Shown here in pieces: positions 47,351 through 57,938 of a DNA stretch of 64,000 nt; the stretch's first letter is position 1; each line of letters begins with the position of its first letter. The DNA is from Planctomycetota bacterium (GTDB lineage: Bacteria; Planctomycetota; UBA1135; UBA2386): contig OZ245006.1 of the NCBI GenBank assembly GCA_965223545.1, positions 6,240,001-6,304,000 on the forward strand, given 5' to 3'. The translations under genes and the position numbers were made by a program. The notes under the pieces are model-generated. The model searched no databases, was not told the origin of the DNA, and saw only the letters and a list, made by a program, of their open reading frames with translations.

Positions 47351-50023
47351 ATGGCACCTGAGTGGATCGCGGCGTGCGTGGCGCTGGCGGTCGCGCTGGC
47401 TTTGACGCCGGTGATGGCCGTGGTGGCGCGGGGACTCGGCATCGTCGATTGGCCGGGTGATCGCAAGGTCCACCTGCGGGCAGTGCCCTACCTCGGTGGT
47501 GCCGCCGTGCTCGGTGCCATGTGCGTCGGCGTCGCGGTGACGGCGCCCGCTCCCGACCTGCTCGGCGATGGGCGGCTGGCCGCAGTGCTCGCCGGTGCCA
47601 TGGTGTTGTTCGTCGTCGGGTTGGTCGATGACGTGCGTGGGTTGGCACCGGCGACCAAGCTCTGCGCGCAGGTCGCGGTCGCTGTCGCCGTGTGGTGGGT
47701 CGGTCTACGGGTCGACCACTGGAGCGTGGTGGACGGCTTCACCCTGCAGCTCGGTTGGCTCAGCCTGCCGCTGACGGTGCTGTGGATGGTCGGCATCACC
47801 AACGCGATGAACCTGATCGATGGCATCGATGGCCTCGCCGCGACCATCGGCAGCATCGCGGCCGGGGCGATCGGTTTCATCGCCCTCTCGACCGGTCAGC
47901 CGGAGATCGGAATCGTCCTGCTCGCGCTGTGCGGCGCTCTGTTGGGTTTCCTGCCCTACAACATGCACCGCGCACGGATCTTCCTCGGCGACTCCGGCAG
48001 CTTGCTGCTCGGGTTCCTGCTGTCGACGGCGTCGGTCTACAGCACGGCGAAGTCGGCCACGTTCGTCGGCCTCGCCGTGCCGATGCTGTCGCTGGGGATC
48101 CCGATCCTCGACACCGTCTTTTCGATGGTGCGGCGGCTGATCGAACGGCGCTCGGTGTTCTCGCCGGACAAGAACCACATCCACCACCGACTGCTGGCGT
48201 TGGGCTTCGATCAGCCCCGCGTCGTCGCGTTGCTCGGCGCCGAGACCCTGGTTGCGACCGGTCTGGGCGTTTGGTCGATGCGCCTCGACAGCGGCGTGCG
48301 CCTGGCGGTGTTCGTCGGCGTGTTGGGGTTGCACGTATTGCTGTTCCGCAGCGTCGGAGCGGTGCGGTTGCGGGACTCGGTGCGCGTCTTGCGCGACGTC
48401 GCCGCCCGCGTGCGGCTGACGAAGGCCGAGCGCTATTGGCACGACAAGCTCGATCTGCAGTTCCGCGCGTGTGCAACGGTGGACGATTGGTGGCAGGCGG
48501 TGACCCGCGCGGCCGATAGCCTCGGGTGTGCGCGGGCGAGGCTCGCGCTCGAGCGCCGCAATGGCGAGCGCGACCTGCGCCGTTGGGTGCGCTCACCGCC
48601 GCTGTCTTGTGGCGTGTCGCGCTACGAGGCGGTGTTGCCGGTGCGCCACCGGCGCGGTGGAGACCCCGTGGCGTTGCAGGTCGACTTCGACGGCCGGCTG
48701 CCGCTCGAGCTGTCCGGCCGTCGCCTCGCCCTGCTCGGCCGGTTGCTGGACCGCCACGGCATTGCATCCCTGCCGGCCGACCCAGCGCGGGCGGATGCTG
48801 ATCACGCCGAACGCCCGGTTGCGGCCGCAGTGACGCCGCCGCGCAGCATTGCCATCGTCGGCAGCCGCGGCATCCCGGCGCGCTACGGCGGCTTCGAGAC
48901 CTTTGCAGAGCACCTGTCGCGCGACTTGACCCAGCGGGGACATCGCGTCGTCGTCACCTGCGAACGGACGCCCGGAGCAACAGCGGAGGATCTGCCGGCA
49001 CGCGCCGGCGCAGTCGAGTTGCGCCACGTGCTCGCGCCGCGACTCGGGCCGCTGTCGACGATCGTCCACGATGCGCTGTGCTTGTGGCGGCTGCGTCGGA
49101 CGACCGACGTGGTCTACCTGCTGGGCTACGGAGCCGCGTTCGCGGCGTGGCTACCGCGCTGGTGGGGCCGCGAGGTGTGGATCAACCCCGACGGGGTCGA
49201 GTGGGCGCGCGCCAAGTGGGGTGCGGTGGGCCGTCTGTGGTTTCGCTGGATGGAGTGGTGCGCGATGCGGGCCGCGCACGTCGTCGTCGCCGACGCGGGC
49301 GCGCTCGGGGCGCACCTGCGCGGCCGGCATCCCCGGGCGCGGGCGCGCATCGTGGAGATCGCCTACGGCGCGGAGCGCGGGACCGACACGAGCGCTGCCA
49401 CCGTCCGGGCGCACGGCCTGGTCGCCGATGGCTATCTGCTGATCGTCTGTCGCCCTGAGCCGGAGAACCACGTCGTCGAGCTCATCGAGGGCTACGCGAC
49501 CGCGGCGGTGTCGATGCCGTTGGTCGTGATCGGCGACACCGCGCGCGACACGCCCTACTGCCGGCGTGTGCGTGCCGCGGCGGAGGCCGCCGGGCCCGGC
49601 GTGCGCCTGCTCGGGCCCGAGTACGACCGGCGGCGGCTGACCGATCTCCGCGCCCATTGTCGCGCCTACCTGCACGGGCACTCCGTCGGGGGGACCAACC
49701 CCTCGTTGCTCGAGGCCCTCGCGGCCGGCAACGCGGTCGTCGCGCACGACAACGCGTTCAATCGCGAAGTCTTGGCCGGCGTGCCCAGCGCGTGGTTCGT
49801 CAACCGCGACGGCGTCGCAGCAGCCATCCACCGCATCGCTGCCGCGAGCGCCGCGGACCTGGCGGTACGCCGGCAGGCCGCGCGCCAACGGGTGGCGACC
49901 GCGTACGGCTGGACGCAGATCGGCGATCGCTATCACGCCCTGCTCGGTCACCGTGCCTTGCCCCAGTTGGTTCCTGCCGACCGCGGCGTGCAGCGGTCGC
50001 GGCGGCCGGCGGTCACCGGGTGA
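47351..50023 (+). CDS. WecA/MraY-family UndP-sugar-1-phosphate transferase fused to a GT4 (DUF1972-type) glycosyltransferase
   Basis: N-terminal half: RKVH...VPYLGG, GLVDD, NAMNLIDGIDG, FLGDSG, DKNHIHHRL. C-terminal half: IVGSRGIPARYGGFETF, NPDGVEW.RAKW, GHSVGGTNPSLLEA. Confidence 0.88.
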   Translation: MAPEWIAACVALAVALALTPVMAVVARGLGIVDWPGDRKVHLRAVPYLGGAAVLGAMCVGVAVTAPAPDLLGDGRLAAVLAGAMVLFVVGLVDDVRGLAPATKLCAQVAVAVAVWWVGLRVDHWSVVDGFTLQLGWLSLPLTVLWMVGITNAMNLIDGIDGLAATIGSIAAGAIGFIALSTGQPEIGIVLLALCGALLGFLPYNMHRARIFLGDSGSLLLGFLLSTASVYSTAKSATFVGLAVPMLSLGIPILDTVFSMVRRLIERRSVFSPDKNHIHHRLLALGFDQPRVVALLGAETLVATGLGVWSMRLDSGVRLAVFVGVLGLHVLLFRSVGAVRLRDSVRVLRDVAARVRLTKAERYWHDKLDLQFRACATVDDWWQAVTRAADSLGCARARLALERRNGERDLRRWVRSPPLSCGVSRYEAVLPVRHRRGGDPVALQVDFDGRLPLELSGRRLALLGRLLDRHGIASLPADPARADADHAERPVAAAVTPPRSIAIVGSRGIPARYGGFETFAEHLSRDLTQRGHRVVVTCERTPGATAEDLPARAGAVELRHVLAPRLGPLSTIVHDALCLWRLRRTTDVVYLLGYGAAFAAWLPRWWGREVWINPDGVEWARAKWGAVGRLWFRWMEWCAMRAAHVVVADAGALGAHLRGRHPRARARIVEIAYGAERGTDTSAATVRAHGLVADGYLLIVCRPEPENHVVELIEGYATAAVSMPLVVIGDTARDTPYCRRVRAAAEAAGPGVRLLGPEYDRRRLTDLRAHCRAYLHGHSVGGTNPSLLEALAAGNAVVAHDNAFNREVLAGVPSAWFVNRDGVAAAIHRIAAASAADLAVRRQAARQRVATAYGWTQIGDRYHALLGHRALPQLVPADRGVQRSRRPAVTG

Positions 50024-51200
50024 GGCTTGCCCGGCGGCGCGCCACGGCGCGGCGGTAGATCTCCAGCAGGGCCTGGTGGTTGGCGGCGGGCATGAAGTGC
50101 TGCTCGAACCGCTGGCGGGCTCGACGCCCCATCCGGGTGGCGAGACCGGGGTCGTCGTGCAGTCGCTGCATCGCCGCGGCCAGCCCAGCGTGGTCTCCCG
50201 GTTCGACCAGGAGGCCGGTTTCACCGTCGACGATCAGATCGCCGAGGGCGCCGATCCGCGACGCGATGACCGGCCGCGCGGCGGCCATCGCCTCGAGTAC
50301 GACCATCGGCATCCCCTCGTACCAGACCGACGGGAACACCGCGAACGCGGCGTCGCGCATGCGGCGCGTGGCGGCGGCGTGGTCGAGCAAGCCGAGCCAT
50401 TCGACGTGTGCCAGCTCCACCGAAGCCAGCGCGCGCCGCACGCGCTCCGCGTCCGGGCCGGTGCCGGCGATCGAGAACGGTCGCCGAAAACGCCGCAGCG
50501 CGGCGACCAGGCAGTCGATGCCTTTCTCCGCGCCGATGCGGCCGACGAAGAGGCCCGGCCCAGTGCCGGCGCCGGGCGTTGGTGGGTCGGCCAAGAAGTT
50601 GGGCTTGACGTCGATGTGCGTGGCGGGGAGCCCCATCGCGCGCATCTTGGCCGCTGCGAAGTCGCTGAGCGCGATGTAGCTGTCGACGCAGTTCGACCAA
50701 GTGCCCAACCACCGGTGCATCAGCAGCATCGATGCGACTCCGGCGGTCTGCAGCGACGAGCCGTGGTAGCAGCCATGGCGGATCGCCGGCCAGAACCGCT
50801 GCCCGCTGCAGGCCTCGCAGATCGCGCCGTCGCGGTAGAGCAGCGCGCCCGGGCACACCAGGCGGAAGTGGTGCAGAGTGTGCACCACCGCGACGCCTGC
50901 GCGGTGGCAAGTGCGCAGCGCGGCCGGCGAGATCAGCGGAAAGGTGTTGTGGAAGTGCACGATCTCGGCGGCGGACTCGGCCAAGCAGCGCCGGAGCTCT
51001 CGCCGACTGCGCAGCGACCAGTGCGCGGTCAATGGGATCGCCAATCGTCGCAGTCTGCTGGACGCGTCGAGTTCGGCGTTGTCGCGGGTATAGGTGTGCA
51101 CCGCGTGTCCGTGCTGCTCGAGCAGAGCCCGCTCCTGTTCGAACACCGTGTTCTCGCCGCTCGGCGGGCGCAGGTAGTTGTGCACCAGCAGGATCCGCAT
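50013..51200 (-). CDS. Glycosyltransferase family 4
   Basis: ILLVHNY...SGE, HFHNTFPLISP, VGRI..EKG, PSVWYEGMPMVVLEAMA. Confidence 0.92.
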   Translation of the reverse strand: MRILLVHNYLRPPSGENTVFEQERALLEQHGHAVHTYTRDNAELDASSRLRRLAIPLTAHWSLRSRRELRRCLAESAAEIVHFHNTFPLISPAALRTCHRAGVAVVHTLHHFRLVCPGALLYRDGAICEACSGQRFWPAIRHGCYHGSSLQTAGVASMLLMHRWLGTWSNCVDSYIALSDFAAAKMRAMGLPATHIDVKPNFLADPPTPGAGTGPGLFVGRIGAEKGIDCLVAALRRFRRPFSIAGTGPDAERVRRALASVELAHVEWLGLLDHAAATRRMRDAAFAVFPSVWYEGMPMVVLEAMAAARPVIASRIGALGDLIVDGETGLLVEPGDHAGLAAAMQRLHDDPGLATRMGRRARQRFEQHFMPAANHQALLEIYRRAVARRRASLTR

Positions 51201-51204
51201 GCCG

Positions 51205-52632
51205 TCACCCGGAATCTCTCGCGAAGGCGCGCGTGCGCCGCGCGCGCTGGGCGTAGGCGATGATCAGCACCAGCAGCAGAAAGCTGCTGTCGTGCATCAC
51301 CAGTGAAGTCGACGTCGTGCCGCGCACCAGCAGCAGCCCGTACAGCCCCGTCATCTGCAGATGCAGTCGGTGTGCTGCCGGTCCTGCGCGCCGCGCGGTG
51401 CCGGTGACGAGCAGTAGGCTCAGACCTCCGCCCAAGAGCGCGCCACACCAAAGCACCGCGCCCACGGCGCCCGTATTGACCAGGACGTCGAACACCGAGC
51501 CGTGCAGCCCGACCATCTCCGAATTGAGCAGTACATCGAAGCGCGCGCCGGATGCAAAACCGAAGCCGAACAGAGGTCGCTCTTGGTAGCGCTCGAGCGC
51601 GTGGCTCCACACCGTCGTGCGTCCGGTCAGCGTCGTCAGCATCTCGGTGTTGCGCCCGGCGGTGAGGTACTCGAGGAGCAGGTCGCCGATGCCGGCGCTG
51701 AACGCGACGACGGTGGTGAGCAGGATGACCAGAGTCAAGCGGCCGATGCGCCGGGTGCTCGCCAACCACCACAGCGCGATCGCGGCAAATCCGGCCAGCG
51801 AGGTGCGCGATTGCGCGAACACCATCGTCGCGACCCCGAGCGCGGCGACGTTGCGGTAAAGCAAACGCCGCGTCGCGGTATCGGCCTCGATCGCGCGGCA
51901 TGTGCCGATGAAGCCGAGGACCGCGCCGAAAAAGCCGACCGAGTTGGGATTGATGACCGGCAGGACGCCGTTCAGTTGAACCCCGAGCAGTCCCTTGGCC
52001 GGCGGCAGTGCCAGCTCCGGGCTCCACGCGGCGCCGAGCCACACCGAGCAGGCCAGCGCTCCGTACAGCACGAGCACAACGTCGAGCGTCGCGCGGGCTT
52101 GCACCGTCGACCGCGTTCGCGACAGGGCGATGCCGCCGAACACTACGACGACCAGCGTCTCGGTTGCCTTGTACGCCGTGTACAGCGGCTGCGAGGACCA
52201 GAGGGTCGAGCAGATGCCGAAGCTCGCGTACGCCGCGAGTAGCCCCACCGGGCCCGTGCAGGTGAACTCGACGCCCCGCCGCGACGCGGTGAACAGGGCG
52301 AGCAGACCGGCCAAGCCGACCTGCGCGATGCGCAGGAGAGACGCCGGATCGAGCGGGTTGGCGACCAGCGCACTCGAGCTGCGCGCGCGCCACAACAGCA
52401 CGCTGCAGAACAACAGGATCCAGCCGAGCTTGAGCAACGGGTCGTGGCGCAGCGCGGCCCGCGTCGCCGACCAAAGGCGCTGCGCACAGCCCCAATGGAC
52501 GGCTCCGTAGCCAGCGGCAGCCGCTGCGATCACCGCTCCCGGTGCGCCGCCGGCGGCCAGCATCAGCGCCGCCGTCAGCGCGATTGCCGCCGCGGCCACG
52601 TGGTGGACGATGAGGGGGGCGCGGATCAGCAT
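51205..52632 (-). CDS. O-antigen ligase/Wzy-like polymerase
   Basis: Multi-TM protein; NPNSVG, AQSRTS, TLTGRTTVW, RPLFGFG, H.S..DVL..TG.VG. Confidence 0.82.
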   Translation of the reverse strand: MLIRAPLIVHHVAAAAIALTAALMLAAGGAPGAVIAAAAAGYGAVHWGCAQRLWSATRAALRHDPLLKLGWILLFCSVLLWRARSSSALVANPLDPASLLRIAQVGLAGLLALFTASRRGVEFTCTGPVGLLAAYASFGICSTLWSSQPLYTAYKATETLVVVVFGGIALSRTRSTVQARATLDVVLVLYGALACSVWLGAAWSPELALPPAKGLLGVQLNGVLPVINPNSVGFFGAVLGFIGTCRAIEADTATRRLLYRNVAALGVATMVFAQSRTSLAGFAAIALWWLASTRRIGRLTLVILLTTVVAFSAGIGDLLLEYLTAGRNTEMLTTLTGRTTVWSHALERYQERPLFGFGFASGARFDVLLNSEMVGLHGSVFDVLVNTGAVGAVLWCGALLGGGLSLLLVTGTARRAGPAAHRLHLQMTGLYGLLLVRGTTSTSLVMHDSSFLLLVLIIAYAQRARRTRAFARDSG

Positions 52633-53870
52633 CCGGTTTGCTCCGCCGGGCACAGTCGTTCGTAGAGCGCGAGCATGCGCTCGCCGCGGACCTGCCAGGT
52701 CCAGTCGCGGTGCAGGCGTGCCTGCGCGCCTGTGCCGAGTGCACGCGCGCGGCTGGGGGCGTCCAGGAGTGCGCCGACTCCATCGGCGAGCCCGCGCACC
52801 ACGGTGTCCCTGTCGCCGATGGGCACGGCGATGCCGCAGCTCGCGTCGGCGATCTCGGCCGGACCGGCGTGGTCGAGGTAGACGCTGGGCAAGCCACACG
52901 CCATTGCTTCGAACATCACCCAGGCGCCGGCGTCCTTCAGGCTCGGTTGCAGGAACACGCTGGCGCGGCGGAAGCGCTGCAGCAACGCCGCGCGCGGTAG
53001 CGCGCCGGTGAAGAGCACCCCGCTCTCCAGATCCGGCGCTCGACACCGCCGGCGAAGCGCGTCGCCGCACGGCCCGTCGCCGATGATCTCGAGCCGTGCG
53101 TCGGGGTGCTGCGCACGTACGCGCGCGAACGCATCGAGGCCGAGGTGCATCCCCTTCCAGTGCAGCAGCCGCCCTGCCATCACGACCAACTTGGGCTCGC
53201 GTCCCGCCCCGTCGCCGTCCGCGCCGGTCGCCAGCAAGGCTTCGTCCACGGCGGTTTCCAGCAGTGGCTCGACGACGGGGCGGTAGCGCTTGGCAAGTGC
53301 GGCCTCGGTGAGTGGCGTCCGCGCGAGAATCAGCCGGGCGCGGCCGGCGGTGCGGCGGAAGCTTGGGCTGAAGTCGAGCGTCCAGCCGAGCACTAGGTCG
53401 CGCAGCCGCTCTTGGGCACGGCCGCGCAGCGGCAGGTCCGCGCGCAGGCTCGGCGGCACGCGCTCGGCGCCGCCGAGCGGTCCCCAGATGAAGGGCACCG
53501 GCAGCCGGGCCACCGACGCCGGCAGCCAGAGGTTGCCGAAGGTCAGAGCATGCGCCACATCGAACGGCCGGGCGGCGTGCAGGCGCCGGGCCGCGCGCAG
53601 CGCGGCGCGCTGCCAGAGCCAGTAGTAGAGGTAGATGCCGCGTTGGCCGCGCTTCCACCAGCGCGCCCACGCGGGCAGGTCGACGAACTCGAACCGGGGG
53701 TGCGGACCGGGCTGGGCGCGCACGGCACTCTCGATCGCGGCGCGGTTGTTGGTGCGGGTCAGGACGGTGACGTCGTGACGCCGCGCCAGCTGCCGCGACC
53801 AGTGCCAGCCGACGCCGGGTTCGGAGCCGCGGTCGGGCTCGCACGCGTACGCCGAGACCAAGACCCTCAT
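52626..53870 (-). CDS. Glycosyltransferase family 4
   Basis: VLVSAYACEP.RGSEPGVGW, GRLLHWKG, PSL.D....V.FEAMACGLP. Confidence 0.92.
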   Translation of the reverse strand: MRVLVSAYACEPDRGSEPGVGWHWSRQLARRHDVTVLTRTNNRAAIESAVRAQPGPHPRFEFVDLPAWARWWKRGQRGIYLYYWLWQRAALRAARRLHAARPFDVAHALTFGNLWLPASVARLPVPFIWGPLGGAERVPPSLRADLPLRGRAQERLRDLVLGWTLDFSPSFRRTAGRARLILARTPLTEAALAKRYRPVVEPLLETAVDEALLATGADGDGAGREPKLVVMAGRLLHWKGMHLGLDAFARVRAQHPDARLEIIGDGPCGDALRRRCRAPDLESGVLFTGALPRAALLQRFRRASVFLQPSLKDAGAWVMFEAMACGLPSVYLDHAGPAEIADASCGIAVPIGDRDTVVRGLADGVGALLDAPSRARALGTGAQARLHRDWTWQVRGERMLALYERLCPAEQTGC

Positions 53871-55321
53871 GATGACCCCCGCGCGTGCAGGGTGCAGTTC
53901 AGCAGGGTGGACCACGTCGCCGCCAGAGCGTGGCCGTCGCGGTCGATGGGGCCGGCGCGCCAGTGCTGCGTGAGATAGAGGCTGGCGATGTCGCAGAGGT
54001 AGAGCGCGAGCGCCGCCCGCCGCAGCGCCGGGGCGATGCCGAGCTCGATGGCGACCCGCGCGGCCAGATCCGTTTCACCGGCCCTGGCATCCAGCAGCCG
54101 TGAGGCCAGGCCGGTCGGTGCCAGGCGATCGACGAGGACGCCGGTCTGCAGGGCGAAGTGCAGCGCGTCGCCGAGCGGCGGCCAGCCCTGTCGGGCGAAC
54201 TCCCAGTCGAAGACGCACAGTCGGCCACGGCGGGTGTACGTGTTCCAGGGGGTGAAGTCGCGGTGTGCCATCCCGCTCGCGACGCCGTGGGCGTCGAGCT
54301 GCTCGATGCCGAAGCGCAGCGCCGCCTGCAACGGCGCGAGCCACTGTCCGCTGTGATGGGGCGGGATGCGGGTGAGCCGCTCCTCCAGCTCGGCCTCGAA
54401 TGCGCCCCCTCGCCACCGCGCCGGGCCGCGCGTGGCCGCCGCCAAGTGTGCCAAGAACTCGACGTGCCGGCCGTCGGCCCGCAGCGGGCCGCCGTCGAGT
54501 GCGCGCTTGGTCGTGCTCTGCACGACGGCGCGATCGGTCTGGCCAACACGGACGTCGGCGAGCACGCGAGGGACTTCCGCGGCGCCCAAGTCGACGCCCT
54601 GTAGGCCGCTGAGCGCATCGACTTCGCATTGCAGCAGCGCTGCGGTGTGCGGAGTGGCGAGCTTGGCATAGCCGACGACGACGCCCTTTGGCGTCATCAG
54701 CAGCAGGCTCGGCTTGCGCAACGCACCCGGCGTGCCGGGGAACAAGGCCACGGCGAGCGGCTGGGCCAGGTGGGCGGCGAGCGTCTGGCGCAGACCGCGC
54801 GGGGCTTCCGCGACGCCGGGTTTGACGGCGACGAGGATCGCGTCGCGGCTGAGCAGTCGTTGCATCCCGGCGCGGCTGGCCGCGAACGCGGCGCGCTTGG
54901 CGAGGCGGGCTCTGGCCCGGCTCGGCTGGTAGAGCCCCAGCGCGGCGGCGGCCGGTCGGGGGCCGGACGGGGCGATCACCCGCGGATCGTGGATTCCGGG
55001 CAGCGCGGCATAGCGCTCGACGGTGTAGCCCCGCGCGCGGAGCGCGCGCCTCCAGCGCCGCGCAGACCGCGTACAGACCGCGACGGAGCCCCCCGGGGCC
55101 AGCGCGCGATCCAGAGTCTCGAGCGGAGCCTCGCCGAGCAGCAACAACGCCATCGTGTCGGCCCGGTCGGACAGTGCGTCCACCGCGCAGCATTGGACGG
55201 CCGCGTCCGCGGTCGGCTCGACGTCCACCGGCGGGTCGTGGGGCGTGGCCGTTGGCACGGCGACCACCCGCGGTGGTCGCAGCGGCAGCAGGTGGCGGAG
55301 CTCGGCGAGGCGTGGGTCCAT
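53867..55321 (-). CDS. APH/kinase-like phosphotransferase in the polysaccharide locus
   Basis: GYAK, HRDFTPWN (catalytic loop), FDWEFA, D.LHF. Confidence 0.75.
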   Translation of the reverse strand: MDPRLAELRHLLPLRPPRVVAVPTATPHDPPVDVEPTADAAVQCCAVDALSDRADTMALLLLGEAPLETLDRALAPGGSVAVCTRSARRWRRALRARGYTVERYAALPGIHDPRVIAPSGPRPAAAALGLYQPSRARARLAKRAAFAASRAGMQRLLSRDAILVAVKPGVAEAPRGLRQTLAAHLAQPLAVALFPGTPGALRKPSLLLMTPKGVVVGYAKLATPHTAALLQCEVDALSGLQGVDLGAAEVPRVLADVRVGQTDRAVVQSTTKRALDGGPLRADGRHVEFLAHLAAATRGPARWRGGAFEAELEERLTRIPPHHSGQWLAPLQAALRFGIEQLDAHGVASGMAHRDFTPWNTYTRRGRLCVFDWEFARQGWPPLGDALHFALQTGVLVDRLAPTGLASRLLDARAGETDLAARVAIELGIAPALRRAALALYLCDIASLYLTQHWRAGPIDRDGHALAATWSTLLNCTLHARGSS

Positions 55322-55325
55322 GGTG

Positions 55326-56699
55326 TCAGCGCCAGCGGCGTTCCTCGCGTGCGGCCAGGGTGGCGAACACGATCTGCTCGATCTCCAGCAGCTCGCGGTC
55401 CAGGGACTGCTCGGTCGACACCGAGTGTGCGCTTGGTGTCCTTTCGGCGATTTGGGCGAGGATCGCGAGCTGGCGCTCGATCTCGCGTTCGTCCAGCTCC
55501 TGCTTGCGCGCGTGAATCCGCGCCGGCGTGCCGGTGAGGACCACCACCAGGTCCAGCTTGGGGATCGTGGCGACGGCGGCGTGGACCAACCAGTCCGGCA
55601 AGCGCAGCCGCGAACGGCGTCGATCGACGACGAAATCGTAGGCGTAGCGTTCGACGACGGTCAGGGTGGAGCACACCTTCGGCCACCACAGGCGTGGCCA
55701 GTAGCCGAGCTGGTAGTCGCACCAGTAGTAGGTGAACCGCAGCAGCGATACCGCGCGTCCCATCGGCGGGCGCGCGTGCGGAGTGCTCGGTGGCCGCGGC
55801 GGGCGGACGCCGGGCAGCACGCGGCTCGGTTGCGGCAGCAGGTAGGGGCGCCAGTGCATCGCCGCGGTGCGGCGAAACGCCGGCGCAACGCGCTCGCGCA
55901 GCGCGGCCGCCACCGTCGATTTGCCACCGCCATCGGGCGCCAGCAAGCCGAGGTGCAGACCCGTCGGACGACCGAGGCGGGTGACGACGCGCAGGCCGCG
56001 CCGCACCGCGGCGTTGACGGCGGCGGCCGGCCGCCGCCAGAGTCGGCGGCGGGCCGACCGTGCGAGAGACGGCAGCGCGGGATGGTGCTCGTCGTCGCTG
56101 GTGAGGAGCGCATCGATGCGAGGCCACGGGTCGTCACCGAAGTGGCGCCGAAACAGCGCGTCGCAACCCGCCCGGTCCTCCTCGATGCCGGCGACGATCC
56201 GACCGCGGTCGTCGACCCCCAGGCGTCCCTTGCGGCTGCGCTTGAGGAGGAGGTAAGTGGCTTCGACCGCCGCGGCCGGTCGGCAAAAGCAGCCGTGCCG
56301 TCGACGGCCGTCGAGCAGCGTCGTCGAGGCGATGCGATAGGCGCCGATGCCGCGGTGGTCGGCGAGGAGATCGATCTGCAGGAAGCGCGGCGCGCCATCG
56401 TCCTCGTGCCACGCGACGACGTAGAAGTAGCACCACGGGATGTCGTAGTGGATTCGTTGGACCACGTGGGCGCCGTGCGCCGCGGCCGCCGTGCGCACCA
56501 GGCGCGCCGCGTCGCGGCGCCGCGCGGGGTCGATGGCGATGTCGACGTCCGACGGGGCCCGGTCGGGGAGCTGGTCGTAGTCGTGCAGCACGCAGTAGGC
56601 GATGTCCGCTGCGTCGAAGCCGGCGAACAGGTGGCGCAGCATGGCCCCCACCCGGGTCGACTGTCGGTAGCGCGGCAGGGTCGTTGGATCACCCGGCAT
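55326..56699 (-). CDS. Nucleotidyltransferase-like plus thymidylate-kinase-like fusion protein
   Basis: YCVLH....LP....SDVDIAI and LQIDL (NTase-like); APDGGGKST P-loop, ERYAYD, ARKQEL (TMK-like). Confidence 0.7.
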   Translation of the reverse strand: MPGDPTTLPRYRQSTRVGAMLRHLFAGFDAADIAYCVLHDYDQLPDRAPSDVDIAIDPARRRDAARLVRTAAAAHGAHVVQRIHYDIPWCYFYVVAWHEDDGAPRFLQIDLLADHRGIGAYRIASTTLLDGRRRHGCFCRPAAAVEATYLLLKRSRKGRLGVDDRGRIVAGIEEDRAGCDALFRRHFGDDPWPRIDALLTSDDEHHPALPSLARSARRRLWRRPAAAVNAAVRRGLRVVTRLGRPTGLHLGLLAPDGGGKSTVAAALRERVAPAFRRTAAMHWRPYLLPQPSRVLPGVRPPRPPSTPHARPPMGRAVSLLRFTYYWCDYQLGYWPRLWWPKVCSTLTVVERYAYDFVVDRRRSRLRLPDWLVHAAVATIPKLDLVVVLTGTPARIHARKQELDEREIERQLAILAQIAERTPSAHSVSTEQSLDRELLEIEQIVFATLAAREERRWR

Positions 56700-57936
56700 G
56701 GCGGACTCGAACGCGGTGGTGCCATGCGGCGACGAGGAAGGACAGCAGCACGGCTTGGCCCAGGGCGGCGGCGGCCGCCACGCCCTCGGCACCGTAGCGC
56801 AGGATCAGCGGCGGGCCCGCACAGATCGCCACCGCGGCCGTGATCGCGCCGGCGAAGAACAGCGCCTGCGGTGCGCGGATCGCCTTGAAGCCGTATTCGT
56901 AACTCCGGCCCAGCGCCAACAGGGCGTACTGGAGGGCGAACCAGCGCACCAGCGTTGCCTCGCCGGCATAACGATCGCCGTAGACCGTGGCGAGGGTCAG
57001 CTCGGGCACGCAAGCAACCGCCGCGCCGAAGCCGCCGATCGCCACACCCGCGAGCCAACGGCACCGCGCCAACAGGGGCTGCAGCGCCGGGATGCCGCCA
57101 CCGGCGTAACGCCGCGCGGCCGCTGGGTTGGCGACGTTGTCCATCGCCAGCAGCAGGGGGTGGGTCGCGCCGAGCAGGTGGCGGGTGGCGCCGATGGCGC
57201 CGACCGCCGCGGGGGCGAGCAGCAGCGCGCCGAGGTAGACCATCAGCTGGCTGCGCGCTTGCTGGGTCAAGACACCTGCCAATCCCCAGCGGCCGAACTG
57301 CCAGTGCTCGCGCAGGGTCGCCGCGGTGCGGTCGGTGCGCTGCGCGATCAGGTCCCGGCATTGCCAGTAGCCGAGGAGCGCTGCGGGGAGCGCCGCGGCG
57401 CCGAGCGCGACCAGGGCGGTGCTGGGTGAAGGCGCTGCGCGGCCGAGTGCGACGACGGCGCAGAGCTGTCCAGCGCACGCCAGGGCATCGTTGGCGAGCG
57501 CAGCCGCCAGGCGACCTCGGGACAGCAGGACCCGCCGCGGAAACTCCTGCAGCAGCTGGCCCACGCTGCACACGAGCAGGGCGGCGGTGAGCTGCAGCAG
57601 CGTGGCGCCGCCGAGAGCGCCCGCGAGGAGGGCCGCGCCCGCGCCGAGCGCGGCGAGCAGCGGGATGTAGGCGGCGTGCAGTCGGGCAGCGGCGGCGTAG
57701 TAGGGGCGCGCGAGGTCTGCGGCGAGCGGCGCCCCGAACGTCGCCAGCGGGCCGCCGAGCAGCGCCAGGTGGACACCCGCCGAGAGCATCACCAGCCCCT
57801 GGCAAACGACGAACGCGCCGAACTCCGCGGCGCTGAGCTGGCGCGCCAGGAGCACGGTGATCGAGAAGCGGGTCACCGAGACGATCAGCTGGTCACCGAT
57901 CGCCAGTGTGTTGCGACGCCACCGAGAAGCGCCCAA
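56689..57936 (-). CDS. Wzx-like polysaccharide flippase
   Basis: DQLIVSVTRF...LLARQLS..EFG.F; many TM segments; YG..YA motif. TTG start inferred. Confidence 0.75.
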   Translation of the reverse strand: MGASRWRRNTLAIGDQLIVSVTRFSITVLLARQLSAAEFGAFVVCQGLVMLSAGVHLALLGGPLATFGAPLAADLARPYYAAAARLHAAYIPLLAALGAGAALLAGALGGATLLQLTAALLVCSVGQLLQEFPRRVLLSRGRLAAALANDALACAGQLCAVVALGRAAPSPSTALVALGAAALPAALLGYWQCRDLIAQRTDRTAATLREHWQFGRWGLAGVLTQQARSQLMVYLGALLLAPAAVGAIGATRHLLGATHPLLLAMDNVANPAAARRYAGGGIPALQPLLARCRWLAGVAIGGFGAAVACVPELTLATVYGDRYAGEATLVRWFALQYALLALGRSYEYGFKAIRAPQALFFAGAITAAVAICAGPPLILRYGAEGVAAAAALGQAVLLSFLVAAWHHRVRVRHAG

Positions 57937-57938
57937 CC

